Source of the DNA: Elsinoe ampelina | Taxonomy: Eukaryota | Assembly: GCA_010093995.1 (NCBI GenBank) | Contig: ML992501.1 | Coordinates: forward strand, 2,359,320 to 2,423,319 | Direction of reading: 5' to 3' | Length of the DNA: 64,000 nt | Part shown: positions 1 through 10,974 of the stretch, piece after piece | Position numbering within the stretch: the stretch's first letter is position 1 | Layout of the letters: every line of letters begins with the position of its first letter | Notes under the pieces: generated by a model | Databases searched by the model: none | What the model was told of the DNA's origin: nothing | Seen by the model: the letters and a program-made list of their open reading frames with translations, nothing else | Translations under genes and position numbers: made by a program

Positions 1-1473
1 CACCTCAAAATCGAACCACTCGTTATGCACACGATCACAGACTCCGCATTGACCGACACGAGCCTTTTTGTTCTGCAGAATCAGATGGATGAGCCTTTCA
101 GCCCTGTGGGTATCTGGCACCAGCTCCCTCTCACCGAACGGTGTTTTCTCCCGGTCATACCACTCACTCTTGCCCGAAAACTTCTTGCTGAGCGGAGTGG
201 CTGTGTGCCAGGATCGGTCCTTGATCGAATGCGTGGTCGGATATGAGACGAAGGTCAGGCAGTCGTGTTCGCATTCGGACATCCAGCCGTCCATGCGGGC
301 GTGAACGTCAGTGGCTCTACCGATCTTCAGGCGAATGAATTTCTCGTTAGCCTGGCGAGGAGTGCCGAAAGTGTTCTCTCGTATCCGTTCTTTGCTTTCT
401 CCGAAGTTGAGAACGTCATAGAGGAGGTCCTCGCCACCTTCGTGGCTGTGACAGATGACACTGAGGCTGGTTTCTCCAGGCTCTTTGTTTGTTGAAGATG
501 ACGACTGCGGTGATGGACGTAGTGAGACCCGATCGGTCTTGGAGTGATCGACTTTGAAGACATAGATGTATCCTGACTTAGGCAGTGGTCTGGGCAGAAT
601 GAGGTTGACCAGGAAGTCGATGGTCTTTGTGCGGTCAAGATGATTTGGTAAGTTCTCGCGGATGACCTTGATGCTGTCCTCCACTTCGGGTTTGGTCGCT
701 GTGAATCGGATATTGAAAGTGTTGGGGAAGGGTGTTGAAGAAGAACCTGAAGCCTTACCAGACTTGAAGGGCGTCGTGTCTGGTGTCAGATATTGTGCAG
801 GAGGTGATTCGAAACGCACTCGTGGAATTTCGCGCGGTGTCGTCGGCATATTAGACTGGACTAACATTGACCGTTCTGCTGCGTTCTGAGATTCGTCGCT
901 CGAAATGACGATCGGTGACTTCAATGTGGACCCTGGGCCCGGAAGAGCTTCTCGTGGACGGCGACTTGTTGGTTCTGGCGTTGTGGATAGACGACGACGT
1001 TTGCCTGCCCTTCGAAGTGAGATCAGCCCATCATCGTCGTCTTCCACTGTATTTGTTGTGCTCATGATGGGCTCATTGTCGCTGTCGCTGTGCGTAGGCA
1101 CTTCGGAGCGCCGCGATATTGACGGAGGTCTCGCTTTGGATGCATCTGAGTCGAAAGCGGAAGAAGAGCCTCCAGGACCGTCCTGTAGATGATTGGAGTG
1201 GGCAGCACTCGAGGGTCCATCTTTTGCTTGTCCGTTCTGTGCACGAGACCGGAAGCAGGACATGATGATGTTGAAGTCAAAGTCGGTAAGCGCAGACATG
1301 CATTCATACGGAGCATCGGCAGGCTGATGATCGAAGCAGTACAAGGACCACGGCAGCTTGATACCGACGCATCTGTCCCCGTTGTCCGCACCCCTGCAGC
1401 GATTGGCGACTCTTGCAATGTCCGAAGACATGCTTTCATGAAGTGCGTCAAGAACGTCCGAATGTGGAGGCAT
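1..1473 (-). CDS. MUG113/T5orf172 (GIY-YIG-like) domain protein, 3' end runs off the window
   Basis: Not in the ORF track because it has no stop inside the window. Manual translation from ATG 1473 is open to position 1: MPPHSDV...RCRGADNGDRC...LYCFDH...GYIYVFK...IRLKIGRATDVHARMDGW...VPDTHRAERLIHLIL...CGVCDRVHNEWFDFEV. Confidence 0.85.
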   Translation of the reverse strand, partial: MPPHSDVLDALHESMSSDIARVANRCRGADNGDRCVGIKLPWSLYCFDHQPADAPYECMSALTDFDFNIIMSCFRSRAQNGQAKDGPSSAAHSNHLQDGPGGSSSAFDSDASKARPPSISRRSEVPTHSDSDNEPIMSTTNTVEDDDDGLISLRRAGKRRRLSTTPEPTSRRPREALPGPGSTLKSPIVISSDESQNAAERSMLVQSNMPTTPREIPRVRFESPPAQYLTPDTTPFKSGKASGSSSTPFPNTFNIRFTATKPEVEDSIKVIRENLPNHLDRTKTIDFLVNLILPRPLPKSGYIYVFKVDHSKTDRVSLRPSPQSSSSTNKEPGETSLSVICHSHEGGEDLLYDVLNFGESKERIRENTFGTPRQANEKFIRLKIGRATDVHARMDGWMSECEHDCLTFVSYPTTHSIKDRSWHTATPLSKKFSGKSEWYDREKTPFGERELVPDTHRAERLIHLILQNKKARVGQCGVCDRVHNEWFDFEV

Positions 1474-1864
1474 GGTGAGAACCGTTCTCGCCGAGAGTAG
1501 ATGGTTTGCTAATAGACGGGATGATCCTTGTCGCTGCCACCGTATGGAGATATATTAATGATCGTGACAAGGTGGTAGTGTGATGCTCGGGCGTGGGGAG
1601 TGGCTTGTTGCGAAGCCCTGTGCCGCAGCTGAATTCATTGGCTGTCGGGTGCGCAAAGAAGTGTAGCACTTATGCATCTTGCTGCGATTGAAAGAAGATT
1701 TCGAGCGATCATTCGACGATGAAAATAGATCAAACCAAAAAATACTGTTACCTGCTGGCATGCAAATCCTGACCTTGTTCCTTCGCATTAGTCTGCATAC
1801 CATTCCGGTGAAGCTGCAAGTTGTGTATCATTCAACGTAATCTTTGCTACACCATACCCACTCG

Positions 1865-3376
1865 TCAATGCTTAGCGTCACGCTGTTCTGCCCATGCAGT
1901 CCATCTGCGGACCACGTCGTCCACAGCCTTGACGCCTTGCTCAGTGGCTTCAATCTCAAACCACTCCCTATGCTCCTTGCCACAGGCCTCGCAGTTCCGC
2001 TTCACTCGTTTGTCTGCAAGCTCCAAATGGATAAGACGTTCAACGCGATGCACATGCGGGACTTTCCTGACTTGATCGGAAGAGCCTCGCGTGGCCAAAG
2101 ATGGACGTGGGCCACGAGGATGGAGGTGCGACGGTGGAACCTCTCGGCGTGGGGAGGGCTGCGGACTCGAGGATATGTATGGATACCAGCGTACCAGACT
2201 GAGCGCATAGCCGCATTGCTGCGTCCATTCTGTCATCCTGCGGTGCACATTGTTGGCACGTCCGATCTTTAGCATGATGGTGCGGTTCGTTGCTGCTTTC
2301 GACGCACGTTTCGAGTAGGTCCTGGCGAGTGAATCCAGGTCGCGGCCTCGACTAGCAGAGTGTGACAAGAGTGAAGAGGCTGTATCTGTGTCTGGCACTT
2401 TGTCGGTGTCGGTCAACCAGAAAATGTAAATATAGCCCTCATCGTCGTGGGGTGAGATCGGTTTTGCTAGTTCGGTGAGAAGTATCGCTGTCGTGTCAGG
2501 TTTTAGTGTAGGTGGGATAAACGAGAGATGTCTTTGGGTCGGGCTCGGTGTCAGTCTCTGGTTCCTTGAGGTAGGTGGCAGTTCGGAAAGGGCTCTCCTT
2601 GGCTGCGGCACGGCCTTTCGCTGTAGGTCTGGCTGTCGTGTATTGGGGAGCACAGGTGATGACTGTGTGTGCCTTTGAGAATGCGTACTTGCGGTAGGAC
2701 GTTGGCGTGCCGGAGGCAGGACTTGTACGCTTGTTTGCATCTCACGCATGGGCGGAGACGGCTTCCTCCTGTGCCGAACGATCTCGTAATAGTCGTCATC
2801 ATTGCTCGAGCTGCTGAAACAGCATAGCTGAGAGAGGAAACCACCTTTGTGCTTCTTCTTTTTGGTAGTTGTATGACCTTGCGATACCGGTAAGCCTGTT
2901 GGGCCGACAACCGGTTGCCGATGTGTATCCCGCCGATAGGATGATGACACGTCTCGATTATCATGTGGCACTTGAGTCGCAGGACTTTGGCCGTGTCGTA
3001 GATCTGGAGATGGGCCATCGATGCCCGAGATACCCAGTCTCTCAACAAGACTGTCCATGCTGGTTCGTTCATTGACAGTTACGAGACGAGATATTCGTGA
3101 CTGAGAATGCTTGTTCGGCTTCGGAGCATCTGTCACGGCCTGATCTTTGTGTTGCCAGCAGTAGAACGCAGCGTCAAGTAACTGTCCCTGGGCACCTTCC
3201 ACAACCGCAACCACGCCAGGTTGCAGGCTCTGTGATCGTGCCGACACGGTCTTTTTCGCTGCCAAAGACCGTCTGCATGGCTTGCCTGCTGTCGTTAAGC
3301 CATGACAGGTCGTTGCTGGATTCCTTGAGTCCGACCTGCCCAGAAGCGCCTCCGGTGTCTGATTATTGAATGACAT
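1865..3376 (-). CDS. MUG113/T5orf172 (DUF1766-type) domain protein
   Basis: 503-aa ORF with TCHG..GKPCRR..YCWQH, GYIYIFW, LKIGRANNVHRRMTEW, RVERLIHLEL and CEACGKEHREWF motifs. Confidence 0.88.
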   Translation of the reverse strand: MSFNNQTPEALLGRSDSRNPATTCHGLTTAGKPCRRSLAAKKTVSARSQSLQPGVVAVVEGAQGQLLDAAFYCWQHKDQAVTDAPKPNKHSQSRISRLVTVNERTSMDSLVERLGISGIDGPSPDLRHGQSPATQVPHDNRDVSSSYRRDTHRQPVVGPTGLPVSQGHTTTKKKKHKGGFLSQLCCFSSSSNDDDYYEIVRHRRKPSPPMREMQTSVQVLPPARQRPTASTHSQRHTQSSPVLPNTRQPDLQRKAVPQPRRALSELPPTSRNQRLTPSPTQRHLSFIPPTLKPDTTAILLTELAKPISPHDDEGYIYIFWLTDTDKVPDTDTASSLLSHSASRGRDLDSLARTYSKRASKAATNRTIMLKIGRANNVHRRMTEWTQQCGYALSLVRWYPYISSSPQPSPRREVPPSHLHPRGPRPSLATRGSSDQVRKVPHVHRVERLIHLELADKRVKRNCEACGKEHREWFEIEATEQGVKAVDDVVRRWTAWAEQRDAKH

Positions 3377-3843
3377 GTTATGCTAACACGACTTGCTGCT
3401 AGAGAACATCTTTATGGCATTATCTGATGACGTGAGCTCGGCCACAATCGTAGGTAGATATATGAATGCAGGAAACATGGTGTTGGCGTTGGCAGCGATG
3501 CACACCAAGGCGGCTGTGTGTGGCTGGATTGTGGCTGGGGGAGTCACGCAGGCCACATCTGCCAGGTTTGACTGTTTGATGTTCCTTGTGGTCAATCAGA
3601 AGAGACCTCACTGCCATGCCGAATGGGTTATCATGGGCAATTACATTGTGAGCCACGTACCATTGATTAAGCTCAAAGTGAGGTATGGTTAAAGAGCTCG
3701 CGGAGCAGAGACGGGAAAGAGGGAGCGAGAGAGCTCGCGTAAAATTGCCTTGTCAGTTTGAGTGGGCGGGCAGCATTTTTTTCGGCAAGCCCAGATCTTG
3801 ATTGCAAGTCATTTCTCCCTCTGCTCTCATCACAACTGACGAC

Positions 3844-4719
3844 ATGGGCGAAGTCGAAGACTTGTCCGATGAGCGGATAGACGAGCTCCTGCGTAAAGCT
3901 GAGGAGCGGCTCGGGAGCCAGAATGGTCAGACAGTGGTCAGATCCGACGAACACAAGTCTTACAGGTTCCCACAACTCGATACTGGAGCGCTTGCCAAAC
4001 CGCACATCCGTCAAGCCAAATATGGCGCAACAGTACTTCGCGAGGGCAACGAAATAGAGCAGGAGAAAAAGAAAGATACAATGCACATGCGCAAGGTGGA
4101 AAATCCTGTCATGATCCGCAAGCAACAGGCTGAGGTATGTCAATTCAACTTCTACACAGCATGGCTAGGAGGAAATCATATCCCAATATTTCTCTTGACG
4201 CAGATTCGCAGTACCGTCTTGGTCACTGTTCTGCACAATCTGAAAGTTCTTTTTATCATAGTTACTCTGAGCCTTTAGCAGTTACACACATCTGTACAGC
4301 CAACATGTGGAGCTCTTTGCTGACTCTCCATGCAGAAGAAGAAAGCCACTGCAGGCGAGCGGTGGTACAATCTACCAAAGACCGATCTTACCCCCGAGCT
4401 CAAGCGTGATCTTCAGATCTTGAAGATGAGAAATGTCCTAGACCCGCACCGACACTACAAGAAGGAAGGAGGCAAGATGAAGGCTCCGGAATACTCACAG
4501 GTCGGAACGATTATCGAGGGCCCCACTGAGTACTACAGCTCGAGATTGAACAACCGGGAACGAAAGAGGACCTTTGTCGAAGAAGTACTGGCTGGCGAGC
4601 AGGAGACAAGCCGATTCAAGCGTAAGTATGGAGACGTGCAGGCAAAGAAGACTAGTGGCAAAAAAGCTTTCTACAAGTCAGTCCAGGCGAAGAGGACAAC
4701 TTCATTCAAGAAGAGATGA
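3844..4719 (+). CDS. FCF2: rRNA-processing protein Fcf2
   Basis: Exons 3844-4134 and 4336-4719, phase-0 GTATGT..CAG intron. C-terminal Fcf2 domain: WYNLPKTDLTPELKRDLQILKMRNVLDPHRHYKK...QVGTIIEGPTEYYSSRL. Confidence 0.92.
4163..4273 (+). ncRNA. Intronic box C/D snoRNA, snR63/SNORD46-like (predicted guide for 25S rRNA Am2256)
   Basis: Inside the 201-nt FCF2 intron: short terminal stem (ggc/gcc), degenerate box C (AGGAGGA 4167-4173) and box D CTGA 4267-4270, directly preceded by TCATAGTTACT, which is complementary to LSU helix 69 AGUAACUAUGA. Confidence 0.8.
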
Positions 4720-4721
4720 AT

Positions 4722-5946
4722 CTAGAGGGAGGACACGATCTTGTACACCATAGCCTGGAGCGAGGTCAGCGAAAGGAGGAACGCAATTTGCCGCCTCGGT
4801 TGACTTGCCTGCATGTCTTTTGCGGCTTCACGGCCAGCTTCGAGCACTTCTTCGTGGTTGGCTGCTCCGCGGCGCAGGAACTCGTCGAGCTCGTCGTTGC
4901 TCATATTCTGGACCTTTGGATCATCGCCTCGCACGACAGGGTCAAGGACGGCTTTATTGGTCACCAGACTGAACCCAAGAACTCTGACGCCAGAATGTCT
5001 CGCAACGATGATCTCTGGTACCGTCGACATGCCCACGAGATCAGCTCCGAGCGTCCGCATCATCCGGCATTCTGCCCTAGTCTCGTAAGTTGGACCGCAA
5101 AGGAATGCGTATACTCCTTCCCTCAGCTTCCGCGCGCTGTTCGAAGGAGCGATTTCCTGCCATGCGAGATGCGCTCTCCTTCTGAGCTCAATGTCATAAG
5201 CATCAGATAGAGGTGGGAAACGAACGCCGAAGTCATCTGCGTTGGGACCACGGAGTGGATGGTATCCGGCGAATCCCGGCAGATTGAGGTGCTTGCCCAA
5301 ATTAGCAAGATGCATGATGCAGACCATCGGCACACTTACATCATTGAGGACTACAATGTCTCCGACGTTATACTCCGGATTCAGGCCTCCAGCAGCATTT
5401 GTCACTGTAGGTGGTCAGCAACAGTGCTCGCAAGCGGCAAGCGGCAAGCGGATCCTGGCGAACCGATCATGGTTTTGACCTGAAGAAGCACGCAGACTCG
5501 GGTGGCAAAGGTAACGAGGTTCATCTCATGGCCTTCGTAGAAGCTGGCAATATCAGTATAGACTATAAAGGGTGAAAAGGATGCCTGACTGAGCTCGTCC
5601 AACCAGTAGCACTACAGGGACTTTGGCCCTTGACATGAACCCGAATACAAGCTGTCCGGCATGTCCAACAACTGTACACTGTCAAACTTGATCCATTGTG
5701 TGCTCTAGTGTCCTGACCTGTTGTCTGCGGGAAATGCGGTATCGTCGAGTACGGCACCTCGAACTTGGTTTCTTGATCAATCACATCTGCAATTCCTCCA
5801 AGCCCAGATCCACAGACAACCGCTATCCGAGGTTGATGAAGTTCCTGATTGCCAATTTTCGATCGGATGAAGCTCACAGCCTCAGTGGCCTTCGTATAGA
5901 TCTCCGACGCTGGCTTTGCCGGAGTTTGATCTGTTACTGCCGCCAT
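4722..5946 (-). CDS. PNP1: Purine nucleoside phosphorylase
   Basis: Multi-exon. Motifs [52 protein letters not shown] and NHEEVL. Confidence 0.95.
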
Positions 5947-7010
5947 GATGTCCTTTTGATATGCACGAGAAGCACCAGAAAATCCGTGGTGGAATTGCTC
6001 TGGACAGGGTAATTCTGATGCTTCGGAGCTGGCCGAAGACCCACCTTGATGATTGCGGCTCTGATAATCCCGTCTCATTCGCTGCACGAATCTCGCGGCA
6101 CGTGATCTTTTTGTTCCGTTTTCATCTTGATCCTCCGATGTCATCTCCCTTTCCCCATCTCAGCCACAAACCAATCTCTGGAACAGGATGCCCGACGTGC
6201 GTTGGCAGACTGCCGTGCTTACTTCTGTGACAGACCATAGCTCAGCCGCACTCATTTTGCACTCTCAGTGACGTGCATAAGCGAATCGACACCACAAGAT
6301 CTGATTGTTACGATCATCTACTGGTCGGGGAAATGCCGCCGTATGAGCACACCGCAGGAACAAATTTTGCTTCTGGACGCTGGCGTCGAAGGAATATTGA
6401 ATCCATGCATGACCTCGTGGTCGTGTAAGCCGTCCTTACCGCTCTGTTGACTATGAGGCGCTCTGGTTAGAGCACTTTGACAGAAAAGCTACAAAAGCGA
6501 AATGTCTAGGTGAAGCGTTGTCGACTATGGGACTCATCAACACTCCCTATACGGCTCTGCTAATCTTGTTGGTAGCAGATACATGATGTTGCGTGCCTAA
6601 TAGCCGCCTGATCTAGCTGTTTACCTCCTTTCCCCACTGGACGGGACCAATGCAGACCAGGCGTCCAGCTCCTTGGGCATACCGCGCACGCGCCCCTTAC
6701 CGCACCTCACATCTCACCTCTTGCTATTTTCGCCTATAGCACCTACCAGCCCTTGTCATCTTTGCTGCAACCATACTGCCCGACTGGCTGCTAACCGACT
6801 TTGGCAATGACAAAAGCATGGAAACGCATAATCCAATCTTAGAGCCCACCAGGTGTGAGTCCCGGCACTGTATCCGTCATCGTAGGTGTACCTCACCCTC
6901 TTCTACATAAGTACTGCCATGCCAATTCGTTTGCACCTCTACTCGCCTAGCCATCTCTTCCAAAGACTTACCTCCTCTCCCACCACCACCTCCACCCACC
7001 ACCACCAACC

Positions 7011-7802
7011 ATGCGTACCACCACCCTCCTCCCCCTCCTCCCCCTCACCGTCCTAGCAGTCGACAAAACCTCCAACCCCTCCCTCGTCGCCTCCCTCAAA
7101 ACCGCCGCCACAGCCAACGACCGCCTCTCCCTCCTCCCGGGCACCCCGTCCTGGACCTTCGACTTCACGCAACAACCCAACTCGCACTTCTCCCCAGGCG
7201 GCGTCATCAACGCCAACGCCGCCACCTTCCCCGCGGTAACCGGCAACGGCATCACCATGGCCATCGTCAACCTCGGCCCTTGCAGCCAACTCCCGCCCCA
7301 CTTCCACGCCCGCGCAAGCAACTACGTCGTCTCCATCCACGGCGACATCCAAACCTACATGATCGGCGAGAACGGCAGCCCGACGGTCGGGACGCTGCTC
7401 AAGCCCGGCCAGATGACGATATTCCCTCAGGGGGCGCCCCACACGATGTGGAACACTGGGTGCGAGAACGCGCAGCTCGTGAGCGCGTTGAGCAACGAGG
7501 ATGCCGGGACGATGAACTTGGCGAATGCGTTGTTCCAGTTTGGGGATGAGGATGAGGAGTTGGTCAATGCGGCGTTGGGGTATCAGGATGTGGTCAACGG
7601 GGCGAGTAAGGGGAGGGTGCCGCCCAGTGGGAGTGGGGCGAATTATGGGCCCAAGAGCTGTTTGGCCAAGTGTAAGCAGGTGAACGGGGGTAAGGCGCCG
7701 GAGGAGACGTGGGGGATGAGGAAGGGGGAGTTTGATTATGATGCTGGGGAGGGAGAGGTGAAGAGGAGAGATGGGTTTGTGAGGTATGGGAGGGCTATGT
7801 AA
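7011..7802 (+). CDS. Secreted cupin (spherulin/germin-like protein)
   Basis: Hydrophobic signal peptide; ANAATFPA, PPHFHARA and IFPQGAPH germin-box motifs. Confidence 0.88.
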   Translation: MRTTTLLPLLPLTVLAVDKTSNPSLVASLKTAATANDRLSLLPGTPSWTFDFTQQPNSHFSPGGVINANAATFPAVTGNGITMAIVNLGPCSQLPPHFHARASNYVVSIHGDIQTYMIGENGSPTVGTLLKPGQMTIFPQGAPHTMWNTGCENAQLVSALSNEDAGTMNLANALFQFGDEDEELVNAALGYQDVVNGASKGRVPPSGSGANYGPKSCLAKCKQVNGGKAPEETWGMRKGEFDYDAGEGEVKRRDGFVRYGRAM

Positions 7803-8122
7803 GTTTGAGGATTGATTTTGCTTAATGTCATTGTAATGTATACATATGTGTCTACCTCGTCGTGGTTGTTGGCGACCTACGTCGTCGTATGTATGCCACG
7901 GCACTCGTCTGCTACCTTCCTCTGATTCGTATGCCTGACGACGATCCTGGTATTGTGGATATAGGCTTCCAGTGTCTTAGTCTCGCTGCAGCGATGTGTG
8001 TCGGCTATGAGCGCAGACTCTGTCTCTCTATTTAATGCTGGGCGAGATCCCTGGATCGCGTGGCTACCGTGACTGGTGATGGTTTGGTATGTTGGTGGTC
8101 AAGGCGAGGACGCAATGCGAGC

Positions 8123-9007
8123 TCATCCCATTTCCTCATCCTCCAACTCGTCCTTGGGCTCCCTTGGTTCCTGGGCTTCATGATATTGTATAGCATCGTC
8201 GATGTAGCTCAGAATCGCACCGACACTATCCTCATCGTTTGCATCCAGTTTCAGAAAGGACACCAAGGAAAAGTCATCGATCAGCTGACCTACCGCCCGA
8301 TTGAGCTTCTGGAATGAAGCACCCGACATGACACTCTTCGGATCTTTGACTTCCTCATCCTCTTCGTCATCGTCGGCGTAGACAAAGTTGTTGGCCGGAG
8401 TCTCGTCCAGCAGACTTATATCCGGATCGATGAAGCGTTTCAGATCCTTCTTCGCCACTTGGCCCTTGACCAGATCCATCTTGCTCAAAATGTTCACATG
8501 AGGCACCTCAAGCATGAGCATGGCGCTCATGGCACTAAGAGTGCCGGCGAAGAATTTGGCCCGATCTGCGACGAAAGTGCTCTCAAGCAGATATGCGGCG
8601 CAGAGGTTGATATTCAGACTCCCTCTCGTGAGATGGCGGACCAGACTGGGCAAGATAGGCACATGAGTATACAGCTCAATCTGCCCAGGCATATCGATGA
8701 TAATCAAATAATCCTCGCCGACACTCTCAATCTCATCGGTGAGGAAATCGAGATTTTCAAGCAAAAATTCGAAGCAGTATATCAAGCCGCCGTTGGGGCC
8801 GAGCTCAAGTTCTTCCATCACATCCTGGAGCGAGATAAGATCCTTGATATCGACATCCGGCTCATAGGCAAAGTCCTCCGCCGCCGGGTCGAGGTTGATG
8901 TAGAAACACGACCGGCGATTGTTCCGCAAGTGCTGTATGAGGGCTGAACAGAACGTCGTCTTCCCGGCGCCCGCAGGGCCGATGGCAAGGACCCCGAACT
9001 TTGACAT
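8123..9007 (-). CDS. GPN3: GPN-loop GTPase 3
   Basis: [10 protein letters not shown]-loop, [28 protein letters not shown]. Confidence 0.93.
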   Translation of the reverse strand: MSKFGVLAIGPAGAGKTTFCSALIQHLRNNRRSCFYINLDPAAEDFAYEPDVDIKDLISLQDVMEELELGPNGGLIYCFEFLLENLDFLTDEIESVGEDYLIIIDMPGQIELYTHVPILPSLVRHLTRGSLNINLCAAYLLESTFVADRAKFFAGTLSAMSAMLMLEVPHVNILSKMDLVKGQVAKKDLKRFIDPDISLLDETPANNFVYADDDEEDEEVKDPKSVMSGASFQKLNRAVGQLIDDFSLVSFLKLDANDEDSVGAILSYIDDAIQYHEAQEPREPKDELEDEEMG

Positions 9008-9622
9008 GACTGGGAGAGATGGAGATGGGTTGCCTGTCGAAAGATGCGGCAGTTGAGAACGTCCTATTGTTCAGGCATAATCGGTGACTGTGTTTCCCGT
9101 GGCAGAGGCGATCGAGTGCCCGAGGTCGTTAGCGTTGCTCTTCTGTCTGAGAAGCAGAAAAGAAAGCTCCGAAACGCGGGACCAGCGTGCAGGACCTTTG
9201 ACCCGCAGAGCACGAATCAGGTCAGGGCAGCTCTTGAGCGGAGGCAGGTCAAGGGAAAGAGAAAGACTGTGGTGGAGCTCACGCCAGAGGTTGGCCAGTG
9301 CCGAAGATCTTGACCGCGCCAGAAAAAATGGCGTCAGGTCGGTCAAGTCACGGCGGGCAAGCACGTTTTCTCCAAAGTGCCGCCGCGACAAAGCGTGTTA
9401 CCCCATCGGCGACTGTGAGCTCGTCAGACAACAGAAAATTCCCGGCCCATTCTTTTCCCCTTCCTTCTTCACAAACCTCAATCCCTTTGCTCGTTCAAAC
9501 ACAACCCTCTGCGACTTCACCTTCAGCCTCTGTGAACTTTTTGCATCCTTCGCGCATAAATTGTCCGCGGCACAAACGCTCACCCATAACCCCGCCCCCA
9601 CCTCACTCACACAACAATCACA

Positions 9623-10974
9623 ATGGCCATTTCAAACGGCACAAACGGAACTTCTTCCGCAGGGAAGACTTTCCTCTTCACCTCCGAGTCCGTCGGCGAG
9701 GTCAGCAAGTTGTGCCGGCGACATTCGAGCAAGAACTGACATTTTCCAGGGTCACCCAGACAAGGTATGAATAAGGCAAACCAGCTGCGATGGGGAAGTG
9801 GGAGTAGGAAAAGCGGCCACTAACGAGACATAGATTGCTGACCAGGTCTCTGATGCCGTCCTCGATGCCTGCCTCAGGGAGGACCCGCTCTCCAAGGTCG
9901 CATGCGAGACTGCCACCAAGACCGGTATGATCATGGTTTTCGGCGAAATCACCACCAAGGCCCGCCTCGATTACCAGAAGATCATCCGTAACGCCATCAA
10001 GGACATTGGTTACGACGACTCCAACAAGGGTTTCGACTACAAGACCTGCAACGTTCTCGTGGCAATTGAGGAGCAGTCCCCAGACATTGCTCAGGGTCTC
10101 CACTACGAGGAGGCTCTTGAGAAGCTCGGCGCTGGTGATCAGGGTATCATGTTCGGCTATGCCACTGATGAGACCCCCGAGCTCCTCCCTCTCACTCTTC
10201 TCCTCGCCCACAAGCTCAACTCTGCCATGAAGGAAGCCCGCAACGACGGCTCGCTCCCGTGGCTACGACCAGACACCAAGACCCAGGTGACCGTAGAATA
10301 CGAGCACGACAATGGTGCTGTCATCCCCAAGCGTGTTGACACTGTCGTTGTCTCCGCCCAGCATTCCCCAGATATCACCACCGAGCAGCTCCGCAAGGAG
10401 ATCAAGGAGAAGATCATTAAGAAGGTCATCCCAGAGAAGTATCTCGATGAGAAGACCGTCTACCACGTAAGTCAGAAATGTGGATTGAGATTGGCCAGCT
10501 GGCTAATTTGCACAGATTCAACCTTCCGGTCTATTCATCATTGGTGGTCCCCAGGGTGACGCCGGTCTGACTGGCCGCAAGATCATTGTTGACACATACG
10601 GTGGCTGGGGCGCCCACGGCGGTGGTGCCTTCTCCGGAAAGGATTACTCCAAGGTCGATCGCTCTGCTGCCTATCTCGGCCGCTGGATTGCCAAGTCGCT
10701 CGTCAACGCTGGCCTCGCCCGTCGTGCCCTCGTCCAGCTCTCGTACGCTATTGGTGTCGCAGAGCCCCTCTCCCTGTTCGTCGAGACCTACGGCACTTCG
10801 GACAAAACATCAGAAGAGCTCGTACAGATCATCCACAACAACTTCGACCTTAGGCCAGGTGTCATTGTCAAGGAGTTGGATCTTGTCAAGCCAATCTACA
10901 ACCAGACTGCAAAGAACGGTCACTTCACCAACCAGGACTTCACCTGGGAGAAGCCTAAGACCCTCAAGCTATAG
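9623..10974 (+). CDS. SAM1: S-adenosylmethionine synthetase
   Basis: [32 protein letters not shown]. Introns 9701-9749, 9765-9833 and 10467-10515. Confidence 0.97.

Noticed and set aside
9262..9272. AAGACTGTGG resembling the Met31/32 site upstream of SAM synthetase
   Set aside because: Imperfect single match; not distinguishable from chance.
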